Shown here one piece after another: positions 1 to 8,547 of a stretch of DNA of 28,851 nt; positions within the stretch are counted from its first letter, which is position 1; each line of letters starts with the position of its first letter. A program made the position numbers and the translations under genes. The notes beneath the pieces were generated by a model. The model worked only from the letters and a program-made list of their open reading frames with translations. It made no database searches and was not told the origin of the DNA. Source of the DNA: a virus (Duplodnaviria; Caudoviricetes); the IMG/VR virus record IMGVR_UViG_3300025751_000100, positions 1-28,851 of that record; one strand, given 5' to 3'.

Positions 1-931
1 CTTTACGTCCAAACACATGAAGACCACGAACGATGTCGGAGAAGGTTTCAGTTGACCGAACTACTTCGGTTTTTGCAATGTGAGATGCAGTTGCAACGGC
101 TGACATGTGACCAGCCAATACAATTGATTCACCGTCGGCTGCAGCAACACCAGTGATGCTAACTGCGTCTGTACCACCAGTTACCAAAGCGGTTGACTTG
201 TAACAGTTAAAGCCAGCAATCTGACCCTGCATTACAAGACCGTTCCGCAGCGGTGAAGTACCGTCACCAGTTACCTGTACTTCTGCAAACTTTGCACCCG
301 CTGAAAACAGCTTTGAGTAGAATGCAGGGGAGGCAACAAACCAACGATTTTCTTCTGGAACAGACTGCTCATCAAGTTCTTTTGCCATTTCAAGCATCAG
401 ATTGACAGCATTGTCTGGAGCAGTGTGAACTGCAATTGGTGTACCAGCAGTACCCAGAGCAGTGTTGGTTGACAGCAAGCCACCAGCAAGTGATGCGTCA
501 TCAGCACCAGCAATGCCAGCACCGTCAGCAATTGCTTGCAGGACGTTGAAGTCGTACTTACGCTTCAGTGAGTATGCACCTGAAGAAGTAGCCAGTGCCT
601 CAAAGTTAACATGAGACTGACGCTCTTCGATGTCATCGATCTTGAATGCGAAAGCGTTAGCTTGGTCAACAACCATAGTTGTTTGGTCGTCAGCCAAGTC
701 TTGTGGATTAACCACTGAACCGCGTGAGTATGCGGATACAGTGATTGTTGGTTCTTTGATGATACGAACCGTATCGCCGTAGTTCTCAATTTCGCCAGCG
801 TAGTCGGTATTTGTGATGTCTTCAGCAACCGAAGCGCGACGGAAAAACTTGAGAACTTTTTGGCTGAAAATTTCCGGTGTAAAGTTACCGGAAGGCAGGT
901 TATTATAACCAGCAGCGCGATTAAAAGCCAT
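1..931 (-). CDS. Major capsid protein (3' end runs off the window)
   Basis: Not in the ORF track because it is open at the edge. Read manually from ATG 931 (SD GAAGGAAGG): MAFNRAAGYNNLPSGNFTPEIFSQKVLKFFRRASVAEDITNTDYAGEIENYGDTVRIIKEP...FKIDDIEERQSH...LDEQSVPEENRW...DIVRGLHVFGRK. This is a typical podoviral capsid pattern and it lies directly after the scaffold gene. Confidence 0.9.
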   Translation of the reverse strand, partial: MAFNRAAGYNNLPSGNFTPEIFSQKVLKFFRRASVAEDITNTDYAGEIENYGDTVRIIKEPTITVSAYSRGSVVNPQDLADDQTTMVVDQANAFAFKIDDIEERQSHVNFEALATSSGAYSLKRKYDFNVLQAIADGAGIAGADDASLAGGLLSTNTALGTAGTPIAVHTAPDNAVNLMLEMAKELDEQSVPEENRWFVASPAFYSKLFSAGAKFAEVQVTGDGTSPLRNGLVMQGQIAGFNCYKSTALVTGGTDAVSITGVAAADGESIVLAGHMSAVATASHIAKTEVVRSTETFSDIVRGLHVFGRK

Positions 932-958
932 TTGCTTTTCCTTCCTTCATTTTGAGGT

Positions 959-1840
959 TTAAGATTGATAGTCGATTCGCCCTTCAGCCCGTGCAGCGTC
1001 CAATTCAGCTTCGTGCTTTTCGAACTCCCACGGTTTCATCTTGGCGATTTGTGAAGCTTTCCAAATTCTTTTATCTCCTGTTGCTTCAGACGAAATGTCT
1101 TTTGCTTTAGAAGATCTAACTGCAGTAGCTGCAGCTTCGTTAGATTTGGATTGTTTCTTTTTTGAGATACCTTGATCTGCTTTGTACAAATCTAGAACTC
1201 GTGAGGCCCAACGAGCATCAGTATTGTTTTTGTAAATACCGTCAGAAATGCTTTCTGGTTGCTCTTGTAGCCAAGTCAGGAATTTCTCATCTGTTTTGAT
1301 TTCGTCAAAATCTGGATGATTCCTTGTTAGTTCACGGTACGCAGCTTGAACCGTTGTTTCCTTTTCACGTTCCCGCAAAGTTTCTATTTCTTGTTCTAGG
1401 GAAGATGACCTTTCTGCAGCTTTCATCGAAGCAATTGTTTCGACTACACCGTATACATCTGGGTATTCTTCTTTGAACTTTTCTAGTTCCTCTGCAGTTT
1501 TCGGAAGAGAAATTCCTTGTTGTGGTGCTTGCGATATTGCAGCTTCCAACTCTTTTTCTCGTTCCTTGAAGCTTCGAACTTTATCATCGTAGTGCTTTTT
1601 AAGATCATCGTACCGTTTCTTGTAGTCGTGATCTGATGTATCTTGCTTTGCCTCTACAAATGATTCGTTTGATTCTTGTTCTTCAACTTCTTCTTGTTGG
1701 GCTTCTACTTCAGTGGTTTCTTGATCGTCGTCATCGTACACTTCTTCTCTGTACTTACCACGATAAAGTGTTTCACTATTGATTGTCCCAAAGGAATCAT
1801 TGGGTTTATTTGCGCGGTGACCGCGTACTTTTTTTGCCAT
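959..1840 (-). CDS. Capsid scaffolding protein
   Basis: 293 aa, acidic and coiled-coil rich (DYKKRYDDLKKHYD), immediately upstream of the capsid gene. C-terminal 'IAKMKPWEFEKHEAELDAARAEGRI' helix. SD TGAGGT at 1848-1853. Confidence 0.8.
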   Translation of the reverse strand: MAKKVRGHRANKPNDSFGTINSETLYRGKYREEVYDDDDQETTEVEAQQEEVEEQESNESFVEAKQDTSDHDYKKRYDDLKKHYDDKVRSFKEREKELEAAISQAPQQGISLPKTAEELEKFKEEYPDVYGVVETIASMKAAERSSSLEQEIETLREREKETTVQAAYRELTRNHPDFDEIKTDEKFLTWLQEQPESISDGIYKNNTDARWASRVLDLYKADQGISKKKQSKSNEAAATAVRSSKAKDISSEATGDKRIWKASQIAKMKPWEFEKHEAELDAARAEGRIDYQS

Positions 1841-1857
1841 TTTATTTACCTCATGTT

Positions 1858-1924
1858 GCGGGGCTACATGGCTGTAGGTAGCCGCTCCGGTTGTGTCGGG
1901 GCCACATTATTGTGGGTAGCCGAC
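1858..1924 (-). promoter_or_regulatory. Two tandem covarying RNA hairpins in the scaffold gene leader
   Basis: Minus strand reads GTCGG-CTAC-CCACA-ATAA-TGTGG-CC-CCGAC (1895-1924) and GCGG-CTAC-CTACA-GCCA-TGTAG-CC-CCGC (1858-1885). The internal loop is identical and the stems differ but still pair. Confidence 0.65.
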
Positions 1925-1931
1925 GGATCTC

Positions 1932-4181
1932 TTACGGAAACTCTCGTGTTATAAACGTGCGGTAAAACTCATGTCCGCCAAGTTCCGTAGAAAATTCTAA
2001 ATCTTTTGATTCGCGCATCCATTGACTAGGTGCGTCTTTGCGTGTGTAAAATACTGTTCCGACAGGAAGCCTACGATTGCCTTCCGTTTCTGGATCTAAA
2101 ACATTTTGGGCTGCTGCTGCTGCCTTTGCCAAACCTTTACTTGCCAAACCCTTCTTTACTTCTTTTGCACGAGCAAACAAGGTAGACGGTTCTAAGCCAG
2201 AAAAATGAAATGCACCACGTCTAGTTTGTTTTAAAAGCGCATCGTCTAAAGTTTTTATATCTTTAAAGTCGTAATAGTCAGATGCCATACGATTCTGTAC
2301 TACTTCACCGATTGCTTCCATACTTTCGATAGGGTCGGTTGTTGATTGTGTTTCTGTAAGGAACAATACAGTCAGTTTATCTTCATCAGAAAGACCCTTG
2401 ATAAACTCTTTAATTTGACTCCGCTGTGGTTTCTTTTTTGCAAACTTACTAAGTTTAGAAATCAACTCATCGGATACTGGTGCGTAGTCTTGCATAGGTA
2501 TATCGTCACCTACGTCTTGTACTTCCATACCTTGTTCTAAAAAACCCCCTTCGTTTAAACCGACGCCACCACCATACTTGGCTTGTCTACGCTTTACTTC
2601 AAGTTTGCCTTTGTTGTTTAGTTTGTCTAGGAAGCCTTTGCCCTTCATCTTTTCGATTTCAGCAACTACTTCTGGTTCTATATGACGTTCACCGTCAGAA
2701 AGTGCAACATCTACCATAGGGGCATCTTTGGGTTTCTTTACCTTTTTTTGCGCCTTTGCAACTAAGCTGTCTAACATACCCTCGTATTTTTCATTGGTAG
2801 GTTGGTTTACAATGAATGAACCTTCCTTGACGCTGGTATGTCTGTTATCTGCAATAGATTCTTGTTCGGTTACGGAATCTGGGTCTTTGTTTACGAAGCC
2901 GTTGGTTACATCGCCGCCGGGAGCATATCCGACGCGACCACCCATTGCTCTACCTGCGCCATAGCCACCTTCATCGGGATCTCCACCATAACCCATACCG
3001 CCGTCGCCGCTGCCGCTGCCTTTACCTAATGAACTATCATCAAACGAGGGACCGCTGGTGACTGATCCACTTTGCTTAACTTGGCTATCAGCAGTGTTAT
3101 CATGCGGACTACCCTTGCCACCACCAGCACCCCATCCTGTATCCGGCGAATACATTTCAAACTGCCCTGATGGAGTTGTATGAAAATAGAATCCCGCATT
3201 TTCTAGTTTCGCTTTGCTAGTTCCCGGCATCATACCACTAAAAGCATACCCCGACATTGGACTGGTAACAGGTGCCCAGTTACCGAATTGATCGTAGCTA
3301 CCTACTATACTTCCGGGTACTCCGCCGGGGCCTTTATCATCTGCAAAGCTTTGAAAGGATGGTGTTGCAGCAAAATTAGGACCGAAGGGATCTATACCTA
3401 ACAGAGTGGCAACATTATTTTGAATTTCTGTTTGTTTATAAACCGACTGCCCCGGATCGAATCCTAAATTAAGAGCCTCAATAGGACTACGTAATGTAGG
3501 TTTATTTGATAAAAGAGACGTAACTAAAGCATCTTCGTATGCTTCTTGATCTACGTTTGTAAAGCTTCCTACATTACCGCTTAAAGTGTAGCCTTCTATA
3601 TTAAAACCCAACGACTCTAAAACGATGCCACCAATCGTTGTATCAGTAGGTTGAACACCGACCATTTGGTTTCCCATTAAGGCTGTACTATATCCGGGAA
3701 AACCAGCAACCGACATTTCAGCAAGGTTCATCAAGTTTTCCTTGCTCATTTTAGCACCCAAGCCCATAAGACCACTCATTAGAGGCGGCATCATCATCTT
3801 TACAATTCCGGGAGGGCCGGATGCTCTAACAGTTCCCGTCAATGGATCTAAAGCTGTAGGAACACCAAATTTTTCTTCAACTAGCTTTGAGATTTGTTTA
3901 TTTATTTTGCCCTGTATACCTGTTGTTACAGCTTTACTACCCGGCGAGGTACTAGAAGAAGGGCCATCTTCGCCACCATAATCTACGCTTTCATCGAAGG
4001 ATGCTTCAGGTATTTCTGGCTGTTCTACTGTAGGGGCCGGAGTACCAATAGGATATTGAAAGTACCCTCGTTCCATATCATCAAACGGGGATGGAACGTA
4101 CTCAGCCTGTCCTAGCGCATACGAGCCGTAATGTCGGCCCATAAGGTTATACACATAGTTTTCTACTACAGGATTTGTCAT
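1932..4181 (-). CDS. Putative internal virion/ejection protein with C-terminal SleB-like (Hydrolase_2) cell-wall hydrolase domain
   Basis: 749 aa. Gly/Ser-rich middle with xxGGxV motifs and two 'D..x.ls/kEG.f.v' repeats. The C-terminus LFLTETQS...MEAIGEVVQNR...HFS...VFY...LGGHEFY matches the SleB/CwlJ motif layout. Confidence 0.65.
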   Translation of the reverse strand: MTNPVVENYVYNLMGRHYGSYALGQAEYVPSPFDDMERGYFQYPIGTPAPTVEQPEIPEASFDESVDYGGEDGPSSSTSPGSKAVTTGIQGKINKQISKLVEEKFGVPTALDPLTGTVRASGPPGIVKMMMPPLMSGLMGLGAKMSKENLMNLAEMSVAGFPGYSTALMGNQMVGVQPTDTTIGGIVLESLGFNIEGYTLSGNVGSFTNVDQEAYEDALVTSLLSNKPTLRSPIEALNLGFDPGQSVYKQTEIQNNVATLLGIDPFGPNFAATPSFQSFADDKGPGGVPGSIVGSYDQFGNWAPVTSPMSGYAFSGMMPGTSKAKLENAGFYFHTTPSGQFEMYSPDTGWGAGGGKGSPHDNTADSQVKQSGSVTSGPSFDDSSLGKGSGSGDGGMGYGGDPDEGGYGAGRAMGGRVGYAPGGDVTNGFVNKDPDSVTEQESIADNRHTSVKEGSFIVNQPTNEKYEGMLDSLVAKAQKKVKKPKDAPMVDVALSDGERHIEPEVVAEIEKMKGKGFLDKLNNKGKLEVKRRQAKYGGGVGLNEGGFLEQGMEVQDVGDDIPMQDYAPVSDELISKLSKFAKKKPQRSQIKEFIKGLSDEDKLTVLFLTETQSTTDPIESMEAIGEVVQNRMASDYYDFKDIKTLDDALLKQTRRGAFHFSGLEPSTLFARAKEVKKGLASKGLAKAAAAAQNVLDPETEGNRRLPVGTVFYTRKDAPSQWMRESKDLEFSTELGGHEFYRTFITREFP

Positions 4182-4183
4182 TA

Positions 4184-4417
4184 TCAGGTAATATCCTTCG
4201 CAGCTACGGCTGCTTCGTAGTCTTGTTTCAAGCCTTTAAGCGTTTCCAGTGAAGTTATCTTCCCCTGCAGCCGGAACACTTCCAATTCCGATCTGGCCCC
4301 CACCAACGCCCGAAGCGTCATCTGGATTTGCTCCTGCAGGTACATCTCCAGACTGTCCCATGCTTCCTTGTTGGTTACCAGCGGACTGATCTTCCGGGCT
4401 TCCTGCTTGTTGAGCAT
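4184..4417 (-). CDS. Small helical protein downstream of and overlapping the portal gene
   Basis: 77 aa, SD AAAGGA about 8 nt before the ATG. Amphipathic helices (EVFRLQGKITSLETLKGLK). Its stop abuts the next start. Confidence 0.7.
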   Translation of the reverse strand: MLNKQEARKISPLVTNKEAWDSLEMYLQEQIQMTLRALVGARSELEVFRLQGKITSLETLKGLKQDYEAAVAAKDIT

Positions 4418-6344
4418 TTGCTAGTCCTTTCAGCATTTCAGCAAAAATTTGTGCTTCGCTAACGTCGTTGACCAAGCTGTCAGGGTCGATGTCCTGTGCG
4501 ATTGCAAGTTCACGCATCAAGTTAGGTATCTTGATGAATGGTGCCAGCATGGGGTTGGATACGGTCTGTAGCAGGGTGGTTAGTCGCTGGCTACGAACCT
4601 CTTTTTGCATCACGGCAGCAACACCGCGAGGTTTGATTTCTAAGTCGCCTTCGATGTCAGGCGCAGTCTCATTGAACTGCATGTTCCACTGGAAATACGC
4701 TTCACCTAGTGGCTTTAACAGTGCATCGTCGATGTTCTTAATTACAGTCTTTAAAGATAGGCTTGCACCACCTAACAGCATAGACAAACCGGATGCTGTG
4801 CGGCCTGTACCACTAACGCCTGTTTGACCGTGCATGATAGAAGGTAAACCAGTTTCTTCGTCAGCAAGTTGTCGGCTAATCTGATACATCTGAATGTTTT
4901 CAGGTGCCGTGTTAGGAAACTTGATGCCGTTTACTGCAGTACCTGTTACCCCAGATTGGCGGCGAAAAATCTTACCGGGGAATATATCCATGTTTTGACC
5001 GGGAACCAAGCTTGCTTCGTCTACGTCAAGAACCAAGTTGCCAGCAAGAGCCAAGTTGTCGATTGCCATCCGAACGTGACCGTTCATCAGCATCTGTGCA
5101 TCTTCCATGTTTTCTGCTACGCCAACACCCCAGATTTGATATGGGTTGATTTCGTAAGGAAACACGTTGAATGGGATACGGGCAGGTGTAAACGGATTTA
5201 GTACACACCGAATAACTTCGTTACCACAAACCCAAACGTTAACTTGGATTTGATCCATTGGCCCCATGTTAGATGGGACTTCCATACCTGCTTGATCGGC
5301 AAACTGTGCGTCTAAAACACCCCAGTATTCTAGTACTTCAAAGCGATTCTCTTGATAGTACGCCTCAGTCTCATCTTCGCGGATAGTATCTTCAAAGTAC
5401 TTATCCTCGTAGTTAGAACCTTTAGCGATTACATCTTCAATTGCATCTTTGTAAAAGTACGGATGGTTGATAAGGTTACGAAGCTGCTGTTTGTTCATGC
5501 GGTGACGTTGAATAACGTACTCGCAATCTTCTACGCCTACAGCAGACGGATCTGGATAAAAGTCCCATACAGAAACGTGCTCAATACGTGGCACTACTTT
5601 CTCGTAGGGGTTATATACACGATTACCTTCGTCGTCTTTTTCCCATTTGTGGACACGCTTATAAAAGTTAAACGGTCCTTTGATGATGCCTGTGCCTAAA
5701 AGTGCCGATTCAAATATGCCGCTACGAAACACGTTTATAGCGTTCGTATCTAAAAGTTGATCGTGGATCATCTTTTCCATCTTGAGTGCTGCACGTTGTG
5801 CAGGAGATATCTGGGCTTCTCCCATCAAGGCAGGACCGGGACGAATAGGTGCCCCGTTATATCTATCCTTCGAACCACCTAAGTAATCCATAGATGGTTT
5901 TGCTTCTAAAGCCCCCGGACCAAAATCCCGTCCATCTCCGGCGTATCCATACGGATCTTCCTGTGGAATGAGATCGTCTAAGGGCGTTTGCAAATGTGCA
6001 AATTCAGCGATACCTTCTGGTACTGGGGTAGATTCCACAACTAAGGGAAACTTCTTGTTGGCAAAAAGAATATCAATGATCTGACCGTACGCTGCAAGAA
6101 CTTTCGTTTTAGTAATCTTTATGAATACCTTTGACCGTTCGGTTTCACGATACTGAGTTGTAGAATCGTAAATACCACGAAAGTTTTTGTACGCCTTTAG
6201 CCAGCGTTGTTCGTAAGCATACCGACCATTTTCGGCATCTTCGAACTTTCTTTTGATATGACCAACAAGACCCGGTAACCCCTCTTCAGGGTTGTGGACT
6301 GCTACCTGAGTATCATCAGGTGGTTGAAGGAAATTTTCAGACAT
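4236..6344 (-). CDS. Portal protein
   Basis: 702 aa, in the head module downstream of terL. Portal-like segments WLKAYKNFRG, KVFIKITKTKVLAAY, GTGIIKGP, VSVWDFYPDP, WGVGVAENMEDAQ, TASGLSML, plus a low-complexity C-terminal tail. Confidence 0.88.
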   Translation of the reverse strand: MSENFLQPPDDTQVAVHNPEEGLPGLVGHIKRKFEDAENGRYAYEQRWLKAYKNFRGIYDSTTQYRETERSKVFIKITKTKVLAAYGQIIDILFANKKFPLVVESTPVPEGIAEFAHLQTPLDDLIPQEDPYGYAGDGRDFGPGALEAKPSMDYLGGSKDRYNGAPIRPGPALMGEAQISPAQRAALKMEKMIHDQLLDTNAINVFRSGIFESALLGTGIIKGPFNFYKRVHKWEKDDEGNRVYNPYEKVVPRIEHVSVWDFYPDPSAVGVEDCEYVIQRHRMNKQQLRNLINHPYFYKDAIEDVIAKGSNYEDKYFEDTIREDETEAYYQENRFEVLEYWGVLDAQFADQAGMEVPSNMGPMDQIQVNVWVCGNEVIRCVLNPFTPARIPFNVFPYEINPYQIWGVGVAENMEDAQMLMNGHVRMAIDNLALAGNLVLDVDEASLVPGQNMDIFPGKIFRRQSGVTGTAVNGIKFPNTAPENIQMYQISRQLADEETGLPSIMHGQTGVSGTGRTASGLSMLLGGASLSLKTVIKNIDDALLKPLGEAYFQWNMQFNETAPDIEGDLEIKPRGVAAVMQKEVRSQRLTTLLQTVSNPMLAPFIKIPNLMRELAIAQDIDPDSLVNDVSEAQIFAEMLKGLANAQQAGSPEDQSAGNQQGSMGQSGDVPAGANPDDASGVGGGQIGIGSVPAAGEDNFTGNA

Positions 6345-6350
6345 CTGATT

Positions 6351-6560
6351 TTAGTAGTCGCGTTCTTCAGCCATTTTCATCACTGAAGGATCAACTGCTT
6401 TTTTTGTCATCTTCTTTGGCATGTCTTCAGTCAAAACACCTTGCTTTGCTTTGGTGTCGAACTCAAGACCTTCCCGATACAGTTTGTTGCAGCCCATCAT
6501 GTCATCAACGCCAGTCTTGTCGCTGTTCATAATGTAGGCTGGACCCATATTCATGTTCAT
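6351..6560 (-). CDS. Hypothetical small late protein
   Basis: 69 aa, SD GGGAG upstream, tightly packed between its neighbours on the operon strand. Confidence 0.65.
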   Translation of the reverse strand: MNMNMGPAYIMNSDKTGVDDMMGCNKLYREGLEFDTKAKQGVLTEDMPKKMTKKAVDPSVMKMAEERDY

Positions 6561-6576
6561 GATTTAGTCTCCCAAT

Positions 6577-8544
6577 TTATGGTGTGTAGGAAATGAAGCC
6601 TGTTGCTTCGGTGCCAGAACGAGAAGCTTCTCTCGCTTGGCTCAATCTTTCTTGGTTAGAAAGAAAAGAGGTTGGTACATTTTGTACAGCATCTGGAATG
6701 CGTACAGGTGCAGCAGATGTTTGATCAGTAAATAGTTCTGGTTGATCAGCCATAATCCGTTCAATAGGACGGGCAGAACCGGGATCTGATACCGGAGAAG
6801 CCATAGATTGCCCCGCCGCAATAACATCGCTAGGTGCAACTGGAAGAAACTCTGTAGCCCCCGCTACCGCCCCTGCCGTTTTTGCAACAGGACTAGGTAG
6901 ACCTAACGCCTCTGCTTGTTGCGTCACTGCACTGTACGTCTGTTCTGCAGCAATAGCAGCACCAGCATAAGGAATTGCAGCAATACCCTTCTTAACTGGA
7001 GGTGGAACCTTGCTATACATATCCCCGATAAATTTTAGGGTGTCCTTATATCGTGCAGTGCTATCTGCAGCAGCCTGTGCAGCTTTTTCTTCTTTCTTTA
7101 GCAGACGTGCTTCGCTCAGTTTAGCTTCTGCTTCTGCAACCGTTGAAGCGTTTTCACCCCGACGGATTATAGCTTCATCTCTAGATTCTAATTTTTGCTG
7201 TGCAGCTAGTTCGGCTGTGGCTGCAGCCTCTGCAGTCTTTGCTGCCCGAAGCTGTTCGCCCTGTGCAATCTCTTCGGGTGTCGCTACTCTAGTATCTACA
7301 GGTGCGCCAGACGGACGTGCAAGGGCTTCTGTTTCTGGATAGTCTGCGTTAAAATCCTCAGGCAGATCTAAGCGAAGTGCTTCCCCTAGTCCTTTTGCAT
7401 CAGAAGCACCGACAGCATCTGCCATCATCTTTTCGTAGGCAAGAAGTATTTCGCCGCGCTGTTGTAAGCCACCAATGTCTTCTACATCAGTATAGTAGCC
7501 TGTCATAACTTTGTCAAGTAAGCTATCACCTCCACCTTTGTGGCTGATAATTTCACTTGCTAAGTCAGGACGACCAAGTTGGTTTGCAATAGCAGAAGCA
7601 GTTATACGTCGTAGATCTGTATAACCAGAAGGTTTAGTTAGTAGTTTGTCCAAAACTTCTTTCGGTATCTTTGGAAAAACGTGCTTCTTTAAGGCTGCAG
7701 ATATCTTTCCTGTAGACATGTCTGGAAAGAGTTCGCCCGTATCTCCTGCAGCGTCAAAACGACGATCTAATATTGCGCGAAGAACGGGACCTGCAGGTTT
7801 GTCTGGCCCTTTTCCTTTACGACCCCCGCCTGTAGCTACTTCTGGATCACGAGCGATACCTGCTTCTCTGTCGTAGTATGGACGTGCAGGACTAACTCGT
7901 ACTGCAAGGTCGCGGCTTGTACGCATACCTGCTAAGTCTTCTCCACGATAGCCAAGAAGGGACGCCATAACAGCATCCCTTGTAACTGGATCAGGAATAT
8001 CGCCTATGCCTTCCAAAACCGACTGGAGAACTTCTGGCGGTATGGCACCTTTTGCAAGTTTGCGGGTGCCTTTTGCAGCACCTGTACGAGACAGCTTTAA
8101 GTCGGTTACGTTTGTTGTCGCTGTTCTAAACGGGCGAACAATATTCTTTCGTATATCGTCGCCAATACCGCCCGTCGGTGACTTAGACAATTCTTCAAAT
8201 GAATCGAACGGCTGGTCTAAATCGATTTCTTTTTTAGATAGCTTTGCAAGGTTGTTTGAAATGCCCAAAGTATTACGGGCAGGACCAATTACCTCACGAG
8301 AAAATGCAGTATTAAACTTGTTGTAAAATTCTTTTGTATCGTCTAGTTCAGCAAGAAGGGGTTCGTTAGGAACACCGTCGTTGTACATCTTTGCAATAAA
8401 AGCATCACGGATAGTATAGTTACCCGTGTCGATACGCTGCTTCACTTCTTCTAGGGAAGGGATGTTACCATCAGGAAACAGGTTTGTTTGTACCTGACGA
8501 AAAGCATCTACAACCTTTTGTTCGTTTTTGGTTAGTTGTGCCAT
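6577..8544 (-). CDS. Tyrosine recombinase-fold protein with long Ala-rich C-terminal extension
   Basis: 655 aa. Ordered motifs: LLGYRGEDL (box I Arg), RKGKG (Lys), GELFP, YTDLRRITAS (HxxR box with His->Thr), IISH (LGH box), VMTGYY (Tyr nucleophile). These are followed by about 280 aa of Ala/Glu coiled-coil and hydrophobic segments. Confidence 0.72.
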   Translation of the reverse strand: MAQLTKNEQKVVDAFRQVQTNLFPDGNIPSLEEVKQRIDTGNYTIRDAFIAKMYNDGVPNEPLLAELDDTKEFYNKFNTAFSREVIGPARNTLGISNNLAKLSKKEIDLDQPFDSFEELSKSPTGGIGDDIRKNIVRPFRTATTNVTDLKLSRTGAAKGTRKLAKGAIPPEVLQSVLEGIGDIPDPVTRDAVMASLLGYRGEDLAGMRTSRDLAVRVSPARPYYDREAGIARDPEVATGGGRKGKGPDKPAGPVLRAILDRRFDAAGDTGELFPDMSTGKISAALKKHVFPKIPKEVLDKLLTKPSGYTDLRRITASAIANQLGRPDLASEIISHKGGGDSLLDKVMTGYYTDVEDIGGLQQRGEILLAYEKMMADAVGASDAKGLGEALRLDLPEDFNADYPETEALARPSGAPVDTRVATPEEIAQGEQLRAAKTAEAAATAELAAQQKLESRDEAIIRRGENASTVAEAEAKLSEARLLKKEEKAAQAAADSTARYKDTLKFIGDMYSKVPPPVKKGIAAIPYAGAAIAAEQTYSAVTQQAEALGLPSPVAKTAGAVAGATEFLPVAPSDVIAAGQSMASPVSDPGSARPIERIMADQPELFTDQTSAAPVRIPDAVQNVPTSFLSNQERLSQAREASRSGTEATGFISYTP

Positions 8545-8547
8545 AGA

